Of a DNA stretch of 64,000 nt, positions 35,007-46,265 are shown piece after piece; the first letter of the stretch is position 1, and each line of letters starts with the position of its first letter. Source of the DNA: an uncultured Candidatus Saccharibacteria bacterium (GTDB lineage Bacteria > Patescibacteriota > Minisyncoccia > Phycocordibacterales > UBA9973); NCBI GenBank assembly GCA_964596395.1, contig CAZQSY010000006.1, positions 153-64,152 of the forward strand, in the 5' to 3' direction. The notes beneath the pieces are model-generated. The model searched no databases. It had not been told where the DNA came from and saw nothing but the letters and a program-made list of their open reading frames with translations. Both the position numbers and the translations under genes were made by a program.

Positions 35007-37706
35007 ATGCCACCGCTGCACAAATTCACAACCAAATCAAAAGACGCCATAAAGAAAGCGCATGAACTGGCGATTGAACGGGGACAGAACCATGTTTCTT
35101 CGACGCACCTTCTGGCCGCCTTGCTTTTGCAGGAAGAAAGCATGGTTGGCTCGATATTGGACAAGCTCGAAATAGACACTGTGTTCTTGACCGACTCGGT
35201 GATGGAAAGCATCGAGTCGCCCGAGCGCGCGAGCACCCTTTCTCCTTCGTATCAGATATATTTAAATCCGGACCTGGCGCAGGTGATTGAGCATTCGGTG
35301 AAACTGGCCGAGTACATGAAGGATGATTTTGTTTCGACCGAGCATCTTTTCTTGGCTTTGCTCGAAGTGCCGGGCGAAGCACGGGAAGTCCTTGCCCGTT
35401 TTCGAATACTGAAGGAACCGGTGGTAAAGGTTTTGGAAGAGCTTCGCAGTCAGAACATTACCGACGTCACCGAGCCGAAGAAATTCAAACTACTTCTGAA
35501 ATACACCCGCAATCTGACCAAGCTGGCCAAAGAAGACAAGCTCGACCCTGTTATAGGCCGCGACACCGAAATCATGCGGATTGTGCAGATTCTTTCCCGG
35601 CGCACCAAAAACAACCCGATACTTATCGGCGAAGCGGGTACTGGCAAGACCGCCGTGGTAGAAGGGCTGGCTGAACGGATTGCCAAAGGCAACGTACCCG
35701 AATCCTTGAAAGACAAAGAGCTTGTTTCTCTTGATTTGGGCCTTCTTATAGCCGGTACTAAATACCGCGGAGAATTCGAGGAAAGATTGAAGGGCATCAT
35801 GAAAGAAATAGAACGGGCCGACGGCCGGGTGATTATTTTCATAGACGAGATACACACGATAGTCGGAGCCGGCGGCACCGAAGGCACGATGGATGCCTCG
35901 AACATGTTAAAGCCCGCCCTCTCGCGCGGAGAATTGCGCGCAATCGGCGCGACAACTCTGAAAGAATATCAAAAGCATATTGAAAAAGACCCGGCGCTGG
36001 CCAGGCGTTTTCAGCCTGTGTACATAGACGAGCCGACGCTTGAAGATGCCATCACGATTTTGCGCGGACTCAAAGAGAAGTACGAGCTTTTTCACGGAGT
36101 GCGCATTACCGACGATGCCATAGTCGCGGCGGTGAACCTTTCCACCCGCTATGTTACGAACAGGTTCTTGCCCGACAAGGCAGTTGACCTGATAGACGAG
36201 GCCTCTTCGTCCCTAAAAATCGCGCTTGAAAATAAGCCGCCGGTTTTGGAAGACGCGCATAGAAAGGTTATGCGATTGGAGATAGAAAAGGAAGCGCTTA
36301 AAAAAGAAATCGAAAGCGACACAAAAGAAGAAAAAGAAAAAATCACCAGCACCAAGGCAAGAATCAAGGAGATAGACAAAGAAATTGCCGAGCTGCGCGA
36401 AAAAACGAAAGAATTGGAATTAAAATGGCAGAACGAAAAAGAGACGGTAGCTGAAATTCGTTCAATTAAAAAAGAGCTGGACACTTTGCGCCTGTCTGCC
36501 GAAGACGCCGAAATGCGGGCCGACCTAGCGCGCGCCGCCGAAATACGCTATGGCAAAATTCCGCTTCTTGGCAAAGAGCTCGAGACCAAATCGGCGCGTT
36601 TGAAAAAATTGCAGAAATCAAGGAGGATTCTGAAAGAAGAAGTTACGTCGGAAGATATAGCCGAAGTCGTCGCCCGCTGGACCGGCATCCCGCTCACCAA
36701 GATGCTCGAAGAAGACCGGGCCAAGCTTGCCAGAATGGAAGAAGAATTAAGGAAAAGAGTCGTCGGCCAAGATGACGCCATCGCGCGCGTTTCAGACGCG
36801 ATTCGCCGCTCGCGCGCGGGTATCGGCGACCCGAACCGCCCGGCCGGTTCTTTCATCTTTCTCGGGCCTACCGGTGTGGGAAAGACCGAACTCACCAAGG
36901 CCTTGGCGCAGTTTTTGTTCAACGACGAGAGCGCCCTGATTCGCGTGGATATGTCGGAGTATATGGAGAAACATTCGGTGTCGAAGCTCGTCGGCTCACC
37001 GCCGGGGTACGTGGGTTACGACGAAGCGGGACAGCTCACTGAATCGGTGCGGCACAGGCCTTTCTCAGTGGTGCTTTTCGACGAGATTGAGAAAGCGCAT
37101 CCGGAGGTTTTCAATATACTGCTTCAGGTTATCGACGAAGGCCGGCTTACCGACGGCAAAGGCAGGGTGGTGAATTTCAAAAACACCGTAATTATTTTGA
37201 CGTCGAACATCGGTTCGCAGTTCATAGAAAAGATGCAGACCATCGGCTTTTCAAATAATTCAGACAAAGATAACTACGAGAGCATGAAAGAAAAAGTCAT
37301 GGAGGCGATGAAAGACCACTTCCGGCCTGAGTTCATCAATCGTCTGGATGAAATAATAGTATTCGACATACTTTCCGAAGAATCCATCAAGAAAATCGTC
37401 GGTCTGCGCATGAATACGGTGAAGGAGAGATTGGCCGCCAAAAATATAGACTTGAAAATCTCGGAAGAAGCGCTGTCGTATCTGGCTCAAAAAGGGTATG
37501 ACCCGAATTACGGCGCGCGTCCGCTTAACCGCCTGATTCAGAACAAAATTTTGAATCCCATCGCTTCGCACATAATTTCAAACAACGTGAAAGAGGGGGA
37601 TACTGTCTTCGTGTCAATGAAAAATGATGAACTTTTGATAGAAGTTAAGAAGGGTAAAATCAAAAGCCCGATTCGCCTGCATTCAAGCTCGGGCGCGAAG
37701 GCGTAA
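35007..37706 (+). CDS. clpB: ATP-dependent chaperone ClpB
   Basis: Clp N-domain, two AAA+ modules ([15 protein letters not shown]; [15 protein letters not shown]) separated by a coiled-coil M-domain. Confidence 0.95.
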   Translation: MPPLHKFTTKSKDAIKKAHELAIERGQNHVSSTHLLAALLLQEESMVGSILDKLEIDTVFLTDSVMESIESPERASTLSPSYQIYLNPDLAQVIEHSVKLAEYMKDDFVSTEHLFLALLEVPGEAREVLARFRILKEPVVKVLEELRSQNITDVTEPKKFKLLLKYTRNLTKLAKEDKLDPVIGRDTEIMRIVQILSRRTKNNPILIGEAGTGKTAVVEGLAERIAKGNVPESLKDKELVSLDLGLLIAGTKYRGEFEERLKGIMKEIERADGRVIIFIDEIHTIVGAGGTEGTMDASNMLKPALSRGELRAIGATTLKEYQKHIEKDPALARRFQPVYIDEPTLEDAITILRGLKEKYELFHGVRITDDAIVAAVNLSTRYVTNRFLPDKAVDLIDEASSSLKIALENKPPVLEDAHRKVMRLEIEKEALKKEIESDTKEEKEKITSTKARIKEIDKEIAELREKTKELELKWQNEKETVAEIRSIKKELDTLRLSAEDAEMRADLARAAEIRYGKIPLLGKELETKSARLKKLQKSRRILKEEVTSEDIAEVVARWTGIPLTKMLEEDRAKLARMEEELRKRVVGQDDAIARVSDAIRRSRAGIGDPNRPAGSFIFLGPTGVGKTELTKALAQFLFNDESALIRVDMSEYMEKHSVSKLVGSPPGYVGYDEAGQLTESVRHRPFSVVLFDEIEKAHPEVFNILLQVIDEGRLTDGKGRVVNFKNTVIILTSNIGSQFIEKMQTIGFSNNSDKDNYESMKEKVMEAMKDHFRPEFINRLDEIIVFDILSEESIKKIVGLRMNTVKERLAAKNIDLKISEEALSYLAQKGYDPNYGARPLNRLIQNKILNPIASHIISNNVKEGDTVFVSMKNDELLIEVKKGKIKSPIRLHSSSGAKA

Positions 37707-37747
37707 TATGGTGCAAAAAATTTGCTTTTGTGCTAGCTTTTAGGCAA

Positions 37748-37833
37748 GCGCCGATGATAGAGTGGTCAATTATAGCACGCTGTAAACGTGCCGCCTTCGG
37801 GCTACGGGGGTTCGAATCCCTCTCGGCGCACCA
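37748..37833 (+). tRNA. tRNA-Tyr (anticodon GTA), CCA encoded
   Basis: Acceptor GCGCCGA/TCGGCGC, anticodon loop CTGTAAA, long variable arm, terminal ACCA. Confidence 0.85.
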
Positions 37834-37989
37834 AAACAAAACTATTGAGGATTATTTGAAGTTCAAAAATTTTGGGCAAACAAATGCTTAAAAAGATTTT
37901 TCGGGTCTTGATACTGATTTATGGCTTTGCTTTTTTCTGTTAAATAAATTTAGCAAAAGACGTGAAATTCTGCAGTTGTGATATTTTCC

Positions 37990-38018
37990 TTGCAAAAAAG
38001 GTAATTTTTTTGTACAAT
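37990..38018 (+). promoter_or_regulatory. sigma-70-like promoter TTGCAA-17-TACAAT (with TG) upstream of groES
   Basis: Canonical spacing; no inverted CIRCE element visible nearby. Confidence 0.45.
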
Positions 38019-38101
38019 TCCTATTGCCTTAAATGTGCTTTGGCAGAAGCCAGAGTGCTTTTGGGTCTTGTATTACAAGCTTAATTTAATTATTTAGCCA
38101 T

Positions 38102-38458
38102 ATGAAGAAAGAAAAGAAGCTTGCTCGCCGAAGCACTAGCGCAGGCGGGAAAATTTTAAGCAAGATAACTCCGCTCGGAGACAGGGTTTTGGTTTTGCCG
38201 CTTGAACTTTCAGGTGGCGAACACAAAAAAACCGAATCCGGAATTTACGTCCCGGATAGCGAAGCGAAAGAAAAACCCGAACGAGGCACGGTGATAGCCG
38301 TGGGCAAGGGGCATTACGATGACGGCAAGCTCGTGCCAATGTCGGTGAAGGTCGGAGACAAAGTCATGTTTTCGAAATACGGCTACGACGAGGTGAAAGA
38401 AGGCGAGAAGAAATTTTTCATTATAAAAGAAGAAAACATTTTAGCGGTTATAAAATAA
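38102..38458 (+). CDS. groES: co-chaperonin GroES (with short N-terminal basic extension)
   Basis: ITPLGDRVLVLP...GIYVPDSEAKEKPERGTVIAVGKG...GDKVMFSKYG. Confidence 0.85.
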   Translation: MKKEKKLARRSTSAGGKILSKITPLGDRVLVLPLELSGGEHKKTESGIYVPDSEAKEKPERGTVIAVGKGHYDDGKLVPMSVKVGDKVMFSKYGYDEVKEGEKKFFIIKEENILAVIK

Positions 38459-38477
38459 TTTAATTTTTCCGAAAAAT

Positions 38478-40106
38478 ATGTCAAAACAAATTCTATACGA
38501 CCAGGATGCCCGCAAGGCGCTCAAAAAAGGCGTGGATGTCGTGGCAAACGCGGTGAAAATAACGCTCGGCCCGAGAGGAAGAAACGTAATCTTGGAAAAA
38601 AGTTACGGCGCGCCGACTATCACGAACGACGGGGTGACTATTGCGCGGGATATTTCGCTCAAAGACAAGTTTGAGAACATGGGCGCGGAGATTGTGAAAG
38701 AGGTGGCTTCAAAGACGAACGACAGCGCCGGCGACGGCACTACCACTTCGGTCATTCTTACTCAGGCAATCATCGCCGAAGGCCTGAAGCATGTTTCTAT
38801 GGGGGTGAATGCGGTGGCTCTGCGCGTGGGAATTGAAAAAGCGGCGCAAGAAGTAGTAAAGGCGCTTCGCGAAATTTCCAAGGCCATAAAAAACAAAGAC
38901 GAAATAAAACAAGTCGCCACTATTTCGGCTGAATCGGCTGAGATCGGCAAAATTATCGCCGACACGATTGAAAAAGTCGGCAAAGACGGGGTGGTGACAG
39001 TAGAAGAATCCCAATCCTTCGGAGTTGATTCAGAAGTGGTTGAAGGGCTTGAGTTTGACAAGGGCTACGTGTCTCCATACATGATTACCAATCCGGAAAG
39101 AATGGAGGCCGAAATGAAAGACCCTTACATATTGGTGACTGACAAGAAAATTTCTTCAGTGAAAGAGATTTTGCCGGTAATGGAAAAAATGGCGCAGGCA
39201 GGAAAGAAAGAACTGGTAATTATCGCCGAAGATGTAGATGGTGAAGCGTTGGCGACATTTATTTTGAACAAATTGCGCGGGGCTTTCAGTGTGCTGGCAG
39301 TCAAGGCGCCCGGTTTCGGAGACGACAAAAAGAGCCAGCTTGAGGATATCGCTGTGGTTGTCGGCGGGAAGCCGGTGATTTCCGACCTTAACATGAAGCT
39401 TGAAGACACGACGCTTGCTATGCTGGGGCGAGCGAACAAGGTTTTATCGGCCAAAGACAGCACCGTGATTGTGGGTGGCAAGGGTAAAAAAGTCGACATT
39501 GAAAAAAGAATCTCTGAGCTGAGGGTGCAAAAAGAAAATTTTGATTCAAAATACGACAAAGAGAAATACGAAAAGAGAATCGCCAAACTTTCGGGTGGCG
39601 TGGCGATTATACGAGTAGGCGCGGCTACCGAGACCGAGATGAAGTATCTGAAATTAAAGATTGAAGACGCGGTAAATGCGACCAAGGCGGCCATCGAGGA
39701 AGGTATTGTGGTGGGCGGCGGCAGCGCCTTAGTGAAAGTTTACAAAAAACTTTCCGGCAAGAAAGGTACCTCGGGCGAGACGATGGAATCCGCTTTGGGT
39801 TCGGAGATAATTCTGAAAGCGCTGCTTTCTCCACTTAAACAAATCGCGGTGAATGCCGGCAAGGAAGACGGTTCGGTAATCGTGGACAAAGTGATGAATT
39901 CTCTGAAGGAAAACGCCGGTTACGACGCGCTGGCCGACAAATTCGTGGATGACATGCTGAAAGCGGGAATTATAGACCCGGTGAAAGTGACCCGCACGGC
40001 GGTAGAGAACGCTTCTTCTGCGGCGGCCATCCTTCTTACCACCGAAGTGGCGATTACCGACGAGCCGGAAAAAGAAAAACCGGTTCCCCCGGCGCCGGAA
40101 TACTAA
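38478..40106 (+). CDS. groEL: chaperonin GroEL
   Basis: [43 protein letters not shown], and further conserved apical and equatorial motifs along the full-length protein. Confidence 0.97.
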   Translation: MSKQILYDQDARKALKKGVDVVANAVKITLGPRGRNVILEKSYGAPTITNDGVTIARDISLKDKFENMGAEIVKEVASKTNDSAGDGTTTSVILTQAIIAEGLKHVSMGVNAVALRVGIEKAAQEVVKALREISKAIKNKDEIKQVATISAESAEIGKIIADTIEKVGKDGVVTVEESQSFGVDSEVVEGLEFDKGYVSPYMITNPERMEAEMKDPYILVTDKKISSVKEILPVMEKMAQAGKKELVIIAEDVDGEALATFILNKLRGAFSVLAVKAPGFGDDKKSQLEDIAVVVGGKPVISDLNMKLEDTTLAMLGRANKVLSAKDSTVIVGGKGKKVDIEKRISELRVQKENFDSKYDKEKYEKRIAKLSGGVAIIRVGAATETEMKYLKLKIEDAVNATKAAIEEGIVVGGGSALVKVYKKLSGKKGTSGETMESALGSEIILKALLSPLKQIAVNAGKEDGSVIVDKVMNSLKENAGYDALADKFVDDMLKAGIIDPVKVTRTAVENASSAAAILLTTEVAITDEPEKEKPVPPAPEY

Positions 40107-40107
40107 A

Positions 40108-40362
40108 GTGAGCGAAAACAGCAATTCTCTTCTAAAAGTAACACCAGGAAAAAAATTAGAACCAGCGTTGGAAGTTGGGGATATTGGTTTAGAATTGACT
40201 GCAATTCAAAGTTGTCTCGAGAAAAGATTAGTGAATATAGCTAAATTACACACAAGAGATTTAATGGAAAGAATAATATCTTCTAAAAAAATACCAGAGG
40301 TAGACAAGCAGGCCTTAATAAAAAATCTAGAAGCGTTAATCTCCAATCATAAAGGTTCATGA
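40108..40362 (+). CDS. hypothetical small protein (GTG start, 4-nt overlap with maf)
   Basis: 84-aa ORF translationally coupled (ATGA) to the downstream gene. Confidence 0.4.
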   Translation: MSENSNSLLKVTPGKKLEPALEVGDIGLELTAIQSCLEKRLVNIAKLHTRDLMERIISSKKIPEVDKQALIKNLEALISNHKGS

Positions 40363-40937
40363 AACTCATCCTTGGTTCTGCTTCAAAACACCGTAAAGAA
40401 ATCCTAGAAAAAGAAGGATATATTTTTGATGTTCTTGTTTCAGATATAGACGAAAGAAAAATTAAGACAGATAACCCTCGCGAAAGACCTCTTGTGTTGG
40501 CTCGTGCGAAAGCTGATGCTTTGGCGGCGAAAGTGAAAGAACCGGCTTTCATAATAACTTCTGACACAGTTATAATAGCTGGCGGCGAGCTTCGCGAGAA
40601 ACCTGAAACAGAAGGAGAAGCAAGAAAATTTCTTAAGGAATATAGTGCGGGAGTTGCACCAGAAGCAATCACAGCCGTAGTGATTATGAACACCGAAACT
40701 GGAAAGAGATACGAGGGCGTAGATACAGGTAAAACGTTCTTCAAACACCTTCCTGATTCTTTCGTAGAGGACTTCATAAAGTATGGGGAGCCTCTGACCC
40801 TTGCTGGAGGATTCGGTGTTGGTCATCCTCTCATGAAACCGTACATTGAGAGGATTGAAGGCGACGCCGAGGCCATTATTGGTATGCCGGCTCACTTGCT
40901 TAAGGACTTGCTTTCCAAGGCAGGATACAAAAATTAA
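40359..40937 (+). CDS. maf: Maf-like nucleoside triphosphate pyrophosphatase
   Basis: MKLILGSASKHRKEIL..., SDTVII, LAGGFGV typical of Maf/Ham1-like family. Confidence 0.7.
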   Translation: MKLILGSASKHRKEILEKEGYIFDVLVSDIDERKIKTDNPRERPLVLARAKADALAAKVKEPAFIITSDTVIIAGGELREKPETEGEARKFLKEYSAGVAPEAITAVVIMNTETGKRYEGVDTGKTFFKHLPDSFVEDFIKYGEPLTLAGGFGVGHPLMKPYIERIEGDAEAIIGMPAHLLKDLLSKAGYKN

Positions 40938-42785
40938 ATGGAAATTAGAAATATAGCGATAATAGCTCACGTGGACCATGGGAAGACCACGCTTACTGAC
41001 GCATTAATGAAGCAGTGTGGGGTGGTTGAAGAAGGTGTGTCAATGGATTCAAACGCGCTTGAGAAAGAGCGCGGTATAACCATTTATTCAAAGAACACTT
41101 CTGTCTATTACAAGAACACAAAGATAAATATCGTGGATACTCCCGGCCATGCCGATTTCGGCTCGGAAGTGGAACGCGTTTTGCGGGCGGTTGATTCGGT
41201 ATTGCTTCTGGTAGACGCGGTAGAGGGACCGATGCCACAGACCAGATTCGTGCTCAAGAAATCGCTAGAGCTCGGCATCAAGCCGATTGTCGTGATTAAT
41301 AAAATAGACAAGCCGGCCTCGGACATCAAAAGAGTGCATGACGAGATTTTTGAATTGTTTCTGGAGCTCGGCGCGAACAATGAGCAGCTTGATTTCGAGA
41401 CGGTGTACGCCATAGGGCGGGAAGGCAAGGCCTTTAGAAAACCCGGGGATGCTTCGGGGGACTTATCTCCGCTTCTCGACGTGATACTTGAAAGGGTGCC
41501 CGAGGCCTCAAGTCAAGGGGCATCCTTGACGAGCTCGTCAAAGATGCACCTTGACGCCGGCGCCGCCAAGCTTGCCGCGCAGGTTTTCAATTTGGCGTAC
41601 GATAATTTTCTGGGCCGTATGGCCGTATGCAGGATTTATTCGGGAGAAATTTTTTCGGGCCGGCCGGTGGTGGTAAAGGGAGAAAATGGGGAGAGAAACG
41701 GAAAAATCAGCAAACTTTTCACTTTTGAAGGAGTGAGCAGAAAAGAAACATCTTCTGCACTGACAGGCGACATCGTTTTGGTGGCCGGCATACCCGACAT
41801 CTATATCGGCGAGACGATTTGTGAAGACAAAGATGTGCCCGAATTACCCCATATCGCCATCGACGAACCCACTTTGTCGCTAAATTTCTTAGTAAACGAT
41901 TCACCCTTCGCCGGACGCGAAGGAAAATTTGTAACCAGCAGACAGCTCAAAGAACGGCTTCTAAAAGAATTGGAAGTAAACGTGGGTCTGAAAGTTGATT
42001 TTTCGCCTGATGAGGCAAAAAATTCCGGAACTGCTTTTTTCAAGGTCTACGGGCGGGGAGAGCTTCACATCGCGATACTTTTAGAAAACATGCGCCGCGA
42101 GGGTTTCGAAGTGCAGGTATCCCAGCCCGAGGTCATAATCAAAATTATTGGCGGAATTCAAAGCGAACCGTACGAAGAACTTGTGATTGACGTGCCGATG
42201 GAATACTCCGGCGGAGTCATAGAAAAAATCGGCAAACGGAAGGGGATTATGAAAAGCATGGCGGACAAAGAAGGCATCGCCAGAATGATTTTCGACATAC
42301 CCACCCGCGGGCTTCTGGGCTATCGCGGAGAATTTATAGTAGATACCAAGGGCTTAGGCATAATGTCTTCGCGGGTTACGGGTTTCAGGGAATATGCGGG
42401 AGAAATCAAGCGCCGGGAGTACGGTTCTATGGTTTCAATGACTTCCGGCAAGGCGGTGGCCTTTGCTCTTGCAAATTTACAAGAACGTGGTATAATATAT
42501 ATTGAGCATGGGACAGAAGTGTACGAAGGCATGGTGGTGGGGAATGTCTTAAAGGGCGGTGATATGTCGGTAAATCCCACCAAAGGAAAGGAGTTATCAA
42601 ACATGCGGGCGTCGGGTTCGGATGAAGCGATATACCTTTCTCCGGCTTTTATTTTAAGCATCGAACGCGGGTTGGAGGCAATCAGCGGAGACGAATACCT
42701 AGAAGTCACCCCGAAATCGGTGCGATTGCGTAAAAAGTATCTTACCGAACTTGACAGGGTGAGAGCCGAGAGGAAAAAACTTTGA
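40938..42785 (+). CDS. typA: translational GTPase TypA/BipA
   Basis: RNIAIIAHVDHGKTTLTDAL, DTPGHADFGSEVER, NKIDK; ~610 aa with EF-G-like domains. Confidence 0.85.
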   Translation: MEIRNIAIIAHVDHGKTTLTDALMKQCGVVEEGVSMDSNALEKERGITIYSKNTSVYYKNTKINIVDTPGHADFGSEVERVLRAVDSVLLLVDAVEGPMPQTRFVLKKSLELGIKPIVVINKIDKPASDIKRVHDEIFELFLELGANNEQLDFETVYAIGREGKAFRKPGDASGDLSPLLDVILERVPEASSQGASLTSSSKMHLDAGAAKLAAQVFNLAYDNFLGRMAVCRIYSGEIFSGRPVVVKGENGERNGKISKLFTFEGVSRKETSSALTGDIVLVAGIPDIYIGETICEDKDVPELPHIAIDEPTLSLNFLVNDSPFAGREGKFVTSRQLKERLLKELEVNVGLKVDFSPDEAKNSGTAFFKVYGRGELHIAILLENMRREGFEVQVSQPEVIIKIIGGIQSEPYEELVIDVPMEYSGGVIEKIGKRKGIMKSMADKEGIARMIFDIPTRGLLGYRGEFIVDTKGLGIMSSRVTGFREYAGEIKRREYGSMVSMTSGKAVAFALANLQERGIIYIEHGTEVYEGMVVGNVLKGGDMSVNPTKGKELSNMRASGSDEAIYLSPAFILSIERGLEAISGDEYLEVTPKSVRLRKKYLTELDRVRAERKKL

Positions 42786-42842
42786 TATAAAATGAAACTG
42801 TTGTATAATACCTAGGTTTCACCCTAAGCAGAATATTTTTTC

Positions 42843-43871
42843 ATGTCTACACTTTCCTTTAAACCAAAACAAGTAACTAAGAGAATAACTTCCCACCTGC
42901 AGGACCGCATGCGGGATATCATTCTCAACCGTTTCGGCTTGACGGCTGACGTACGCAAAAAAACGCTGGACGAAATCGGCAAAAAATACAGCATCACCCG
43001 CGAGCGCGTTCGCCAGATAGAGGATGTCGCGATTAAAATGATAAAAAAGTCGGCTGTTTATCATGAAGAGCAGAAAATTTTTGAAGAACTGAAAGAGCTA
43101 GTTCATTCCCTGGGAGGGATTGTTGCCGAACACGACCTGCTTTCGCACGTTTCCAAAGATAAAAACACTCAAAATCACATCCGTTTTTATCTGGAACTTG
43201 GGGACTATTTCAGAAAACATCATGAAGATGAACATTTCAAAGCCCGCTGGAGTGTAGATGACGAGTTAGCCGAGAGGGTGCACAGTTCGCTGAAAAAATT
43301 GTACGAAGGACTTAAAGACGAGGAGCTTTTGCATGAGACCGAGATGATAAAAAGATTTTTGGAGCACATGAAAGACGTGGCTGAAAAGTATCAGAACGAT
43401 GAAATTGTAAAAAGGTGGCTGGCGCTCACTAAAACCATTTCCCGAAATCCGCTCGGCGAATGGGGCAAATCAACTTCGCCGAATGTTCGCACCCGCGGTG
43501 TCAAGGACTTTGCATACTTGGTTATGCGAAAGCACGGCAGCCCGATGCATTTCAAAGAAGTGGCCGACGCGATTTCAAGAACCTTCGGCAGAAAGACGCA
43601 TTATGCCACTTGCCACAACGAGCTGATTAAAGACCCGCGCTTCGTGCTGGTGGGGCGGGGGCTCTACGCGCTTTCCGAGTGGGGTTATAAGACAGGCATC
43701 GCCAGAGACGTGATACGCGATATTTTAAAAAGGGAAGGCCCGCTTTCCAAGGAACAAGTGGTAGAAAAAGTGATGAAAGAGAGATACTTCAAGAAGAACA
43801 CTATACTGGTAAATTTAGTGAATTCAAAGTATTTCAAGAAGCTGAAAAACGGCTTGTATTCCGCGGTCTAA
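42843..43871 (+). CDS. protein with N-terminal sigma-70 region-4-like HTH and long C-terminal extension
   Basis: LDEIGKKYSITRERVRQIEDVAIKMIKK matches the sigma70 r4.2 signature; no regions 2 or 3 visible. Confidence 0.45.
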   Translation: MSTLSFKPKQVTKRITSHLQDRMRDIILNRFGLTADVRKKTLDEIGKKYSITRERVRQIEDVAIKMIKKSAVYHEEQKIFEELKELVHSLGGIVAEHDLLSHVSKDKNTQNHIRFYLELGDYFRKHHEDEHFKARWSVDDELAERVHSSLKKLYEGLKDEELLHETEMIKRFLEHMKDVAEKYQNDEIVKRWLALTKTISRNPLGEWGKSTSPNVRTRGVKDFAYLVMRKHGSPMHFKEVADAISRTFGRKTHYATCHNELIKDPRFVLVGRGLYALSEWGYKTGIARDVIRDILKREGPLSKEQVVEKVMKERYFKKNTILVNLVNSKYFKKLKNGLYSAV

Positions 43872-43915
43872 ATTCTCTAGTTTCTCTTTTCTAAGAAATG
43901 TACTAAAATATACAG

Positions 43916-45316
43916 GTGCGGCATTTTCTTGAAGAGATAAAAAACTTTTGGCCGATTATTTTGTTTGTTATCTTGGCCTATTTCATAACTGCCGAAGCCG
44001 GAGCGGTGGCTTTTCGCGTTGACCTGACTGCTTTGTGGGTATACAAGGTGGCGCTGGCTCTTCTGCCGTTTCTGGCAACGGCTCTTCTGGCTTATGCCGC
44101 TTACAAAATGTGGCTTCATTATGTGCAGGCCGACTTTATTTCGGGCATTGACTGGGTATTGTTAGAGATTGTGCCACCGCGCGATGTGGTGCGCTCGCCG
44201 AAGGCCATGGAGCTTTTTATCACGAACGCCTTATATCACTGGAGCGAAAAAGGCGGGCTTGAAACCTACTGGCAGGGAGCGGTGTGGTTTTGGTTTTCGC
44301 TCGAAATTGCCTCAATCGACGGGCAGGTGCATTTTTATATTCGTACGCCGACCCGCGTGAAGGGTTTGATAGAGACCCAGATGTACGCGCAGTATCCCCA
44401 AGCGCAGGTAAAGGTGGTCGAGGACTATACTTTGGCGGTTGATAAAATCACTGCCGACAGCCCTTGGAATTTGTGGGGCTGCGAATTCAAACTCAAGAGA
44501 CCGGATGTCTTTCCCATTATGACTTATGTTGACTTCGGGCTGGATAAAGACCCGAAGGAAGAATACAAAGTTGACCCGATAACGCCGGTCGTAGAGCTTT
44601 TCGGCTCACTTCAGAAGGGAGAACAAATGTGGATGCAAATAGTGGTAAGGCCGTCTAAAAAAGAATACAAGGTGCCTGGCAAATGGTTTAAGAAGCACGA
44701 CTGGCTTACGCAAGGCGAGATTGATTTGAAAAAATACATGCAGGAGTTCACCAGATTGAACAAATCTGAAGACCCCGCGCATCCGACTGCCAAAGAAATT
44801 CGTCTGCCGGATTATTTGCAGGAAAATGTGAAGAGAGCTGGCGCTAAAATGAACAAGGTCGGTTTCGACGCGGGTATCCGTGTGTGCTATGTGGCCAAGA
44901 GAGAGCTTTTTAACATGAACAATCGCCGTAATTTGCGCTTGATTTTCCGCCAGTATGCCGCGCCTTACCGTAATGAGCTTTGGCGCTTCAACGCTACCCA
45001 GGCCGATGCTTTTGCGTCGGGCCTGTTCAGCGGTTTCTTCTTGGCTTCTAAGAAATCAATAATTCGCCTTTGCGACAGAATGCTCGAAGAATATCGCGAG
45101 CGGGAATTTTACCATCCGCCCATGCGCCACAAATTACACCTTCCTTGGCCGATATCGCCTTACATTTTTCCGAACTATTTTCACCACCACATAAATATTC
45201 TGAATACCGAAGAACTTGCCACTTTATGGCACTTCCCGGGCCAGATACTGCGTGTCCCGGCGCTCGAGCGTATAGAATCAAAAGAGGCGTCGCCCCCTAC
45301 GAACTTGCCCACGTAA
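43916..45316 (+). CDS. hypothetical membrane protein (2 N-terminal TM helices + ~400-aa soluble domain)
   Basis: Long ORF, hydrophobic N-terminus, His/Pro-rich C-terminus; no recognised motif. Confidence 0.5.
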   Translation: MRHFLEEIKNFWPIILFVILAYFITAEAGAVAFRVDLTALWVYKVALALLPFLATALLAYAAYKMWLHYVQADFISGIDWVLLEIVPPRDVVRSPKAMELFITNALYHWSEKGGLETYWQGAVWFWFSLEIASIDGQVHFYIRTPTRVKGLIETQMYAQYPQAQVKVVEDYTLAVDKITADSPWNLWGCEFKLKRPDVFPIMTYVDFGLDKDPKEEYKVDPITPVVELFGSLQKGEQMWMQIVVRPSKKEYKVPGKWFKKHDWLTQGEIDLKKYMQEFTRLNKSEDPAHPTAKEIRLPDYLQENVKRAGAKMNKVGFDAGIRVCYVAKRELFNMNNRRNLRLIFRQYAAPYRNELWRFNATQADAFASGLFSGFFLASKKSIIRLCDRMLEEYREREFYHPPMRHKLHLPWPISPYIFPNYFHHHINILNTEELATLWHFPGQILRVPALERIESKEASPPTNLPT

Positions 45317-45322
45317 AATATT

Positions 45323-46264
45323 ATGGAGAATTTTTCTCAATCGGACAACGAATCTGAATACGATTTTGAATTCCGGCGGCGGATGTCCGGTTTGGACAGA
45401 AAAATCGCCTTGGGCGCTTTTCTGGTTGTTCTGGCTCTATTTCTGGCCTATTTGTTTTTTTTCAGCCCGCCTGGGGATTTTCCGGTTGGAGAGTTTGTGA
45501 GTGTGCAAGAGGGGGCGGGTTTGCGTTCCGTTTCGCAGAGTTTAGAGGAGAGCGGAATAATCCGTTCCCGGGCCGTTTTCGAGACCTTGGTGATAACTCT
45601 GGGCAGCGACAGGCGAGTGATTGCCGGGGACTACTTTTTCGAGAGAAAGATTACTGTTTTTGAAGTTGCCCGCCGGCTGGCCAAAGGCGAACAGAACCTT
45701 TTGCCGGTACGGGTGACTATACCCGAGGGTTTTACCGCTTTGGATATTGCTACACTGTTAGCCGAAAAGCTTTCGAAATTTAATAAAGAAAATTTTCTAA
45801 AGGAAGCGAGGGAGGGGTATCTTTTCCCGGACACTTACTTTTTTACGGTCCGCGACAGCGAGACCGACGTGTTGCGTTCGATTCAGAGAAATTATGAGAA
45901 AAAAATTTCTTTAGTGCGCGAGGACATAAAGAAGAGCGGCAGAACAGAGGGGGAAATAATAACCATGGCTTCCCTAATCGAGAAAGAAGCGAACGGCGAC
46001 GGCGACCGAGAAATTATTTCCGGGATTTTATGGAAAAGGCTGGGGAAGGGTATGCCGCTTCAGGTTGACGCCGAGCCCAAGACCTACGAATCAAAGGGTC
46101 TGCCCAAGACGCCCATCGCGAATCCCGGGATGGACTCGATAAAGGCGGCCATTTACCCTAAAAGTTCGGCTTATCTTTATTATCTGCACGACAAAGACGG
46201 CAAGGTGCACTATGCCAGTACTTTGGCCGAGCATAACGCGAACATACGGAAGTATTTAAAGTAA
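45323..46264 (+). CDS. mltG: endolytic murein transglycosylase MltG (YceG family)
   Basis: TM anchor; YceG motifs GDYFFERKITVFEV, IPEGFTALDIA, EGYLFPDTYFF, ITMASLIEKEA, MPLQVDA. Confidence 0.8.
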   Translation: MENFSQSDNESEYDFEFRRRMSGLDRKIALGAFLVVLALFLAYLFFFSPPGDFPVGEFVSVQEGAGLRSVSQSLEESGIIRSRAVFETLVITLGSDRRVIAGDYFFERKITVFEVARRLAKGEQNLLPVRVTIPEGFTALDIATLLAEKLSKFNKENFLKEAREGYLFPDTYFFTVRDSETDVLRSIQRNYEKKISLVREDIKKSGRTEGEIITMASLIEKEANGDGDREIISGILWKRLGKGMPLQVDAEPKTYESKGLPKTPIANPGMDSIKAAIYPKSSAYLYYLHDKDGKVHYASTLAEHNANIRKYLK

Positions 46265-46265
46265 C

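Noticed and set aside
37860-38100. Possible CIRCE/HrcA operator upstream of groES
   Set aside because: Only a direct repeat GTGCTTT...GTGCTTTT is present, not the inverted TTAGCACTC-N9-GAGTGCTAA; no convincing CIRCE.
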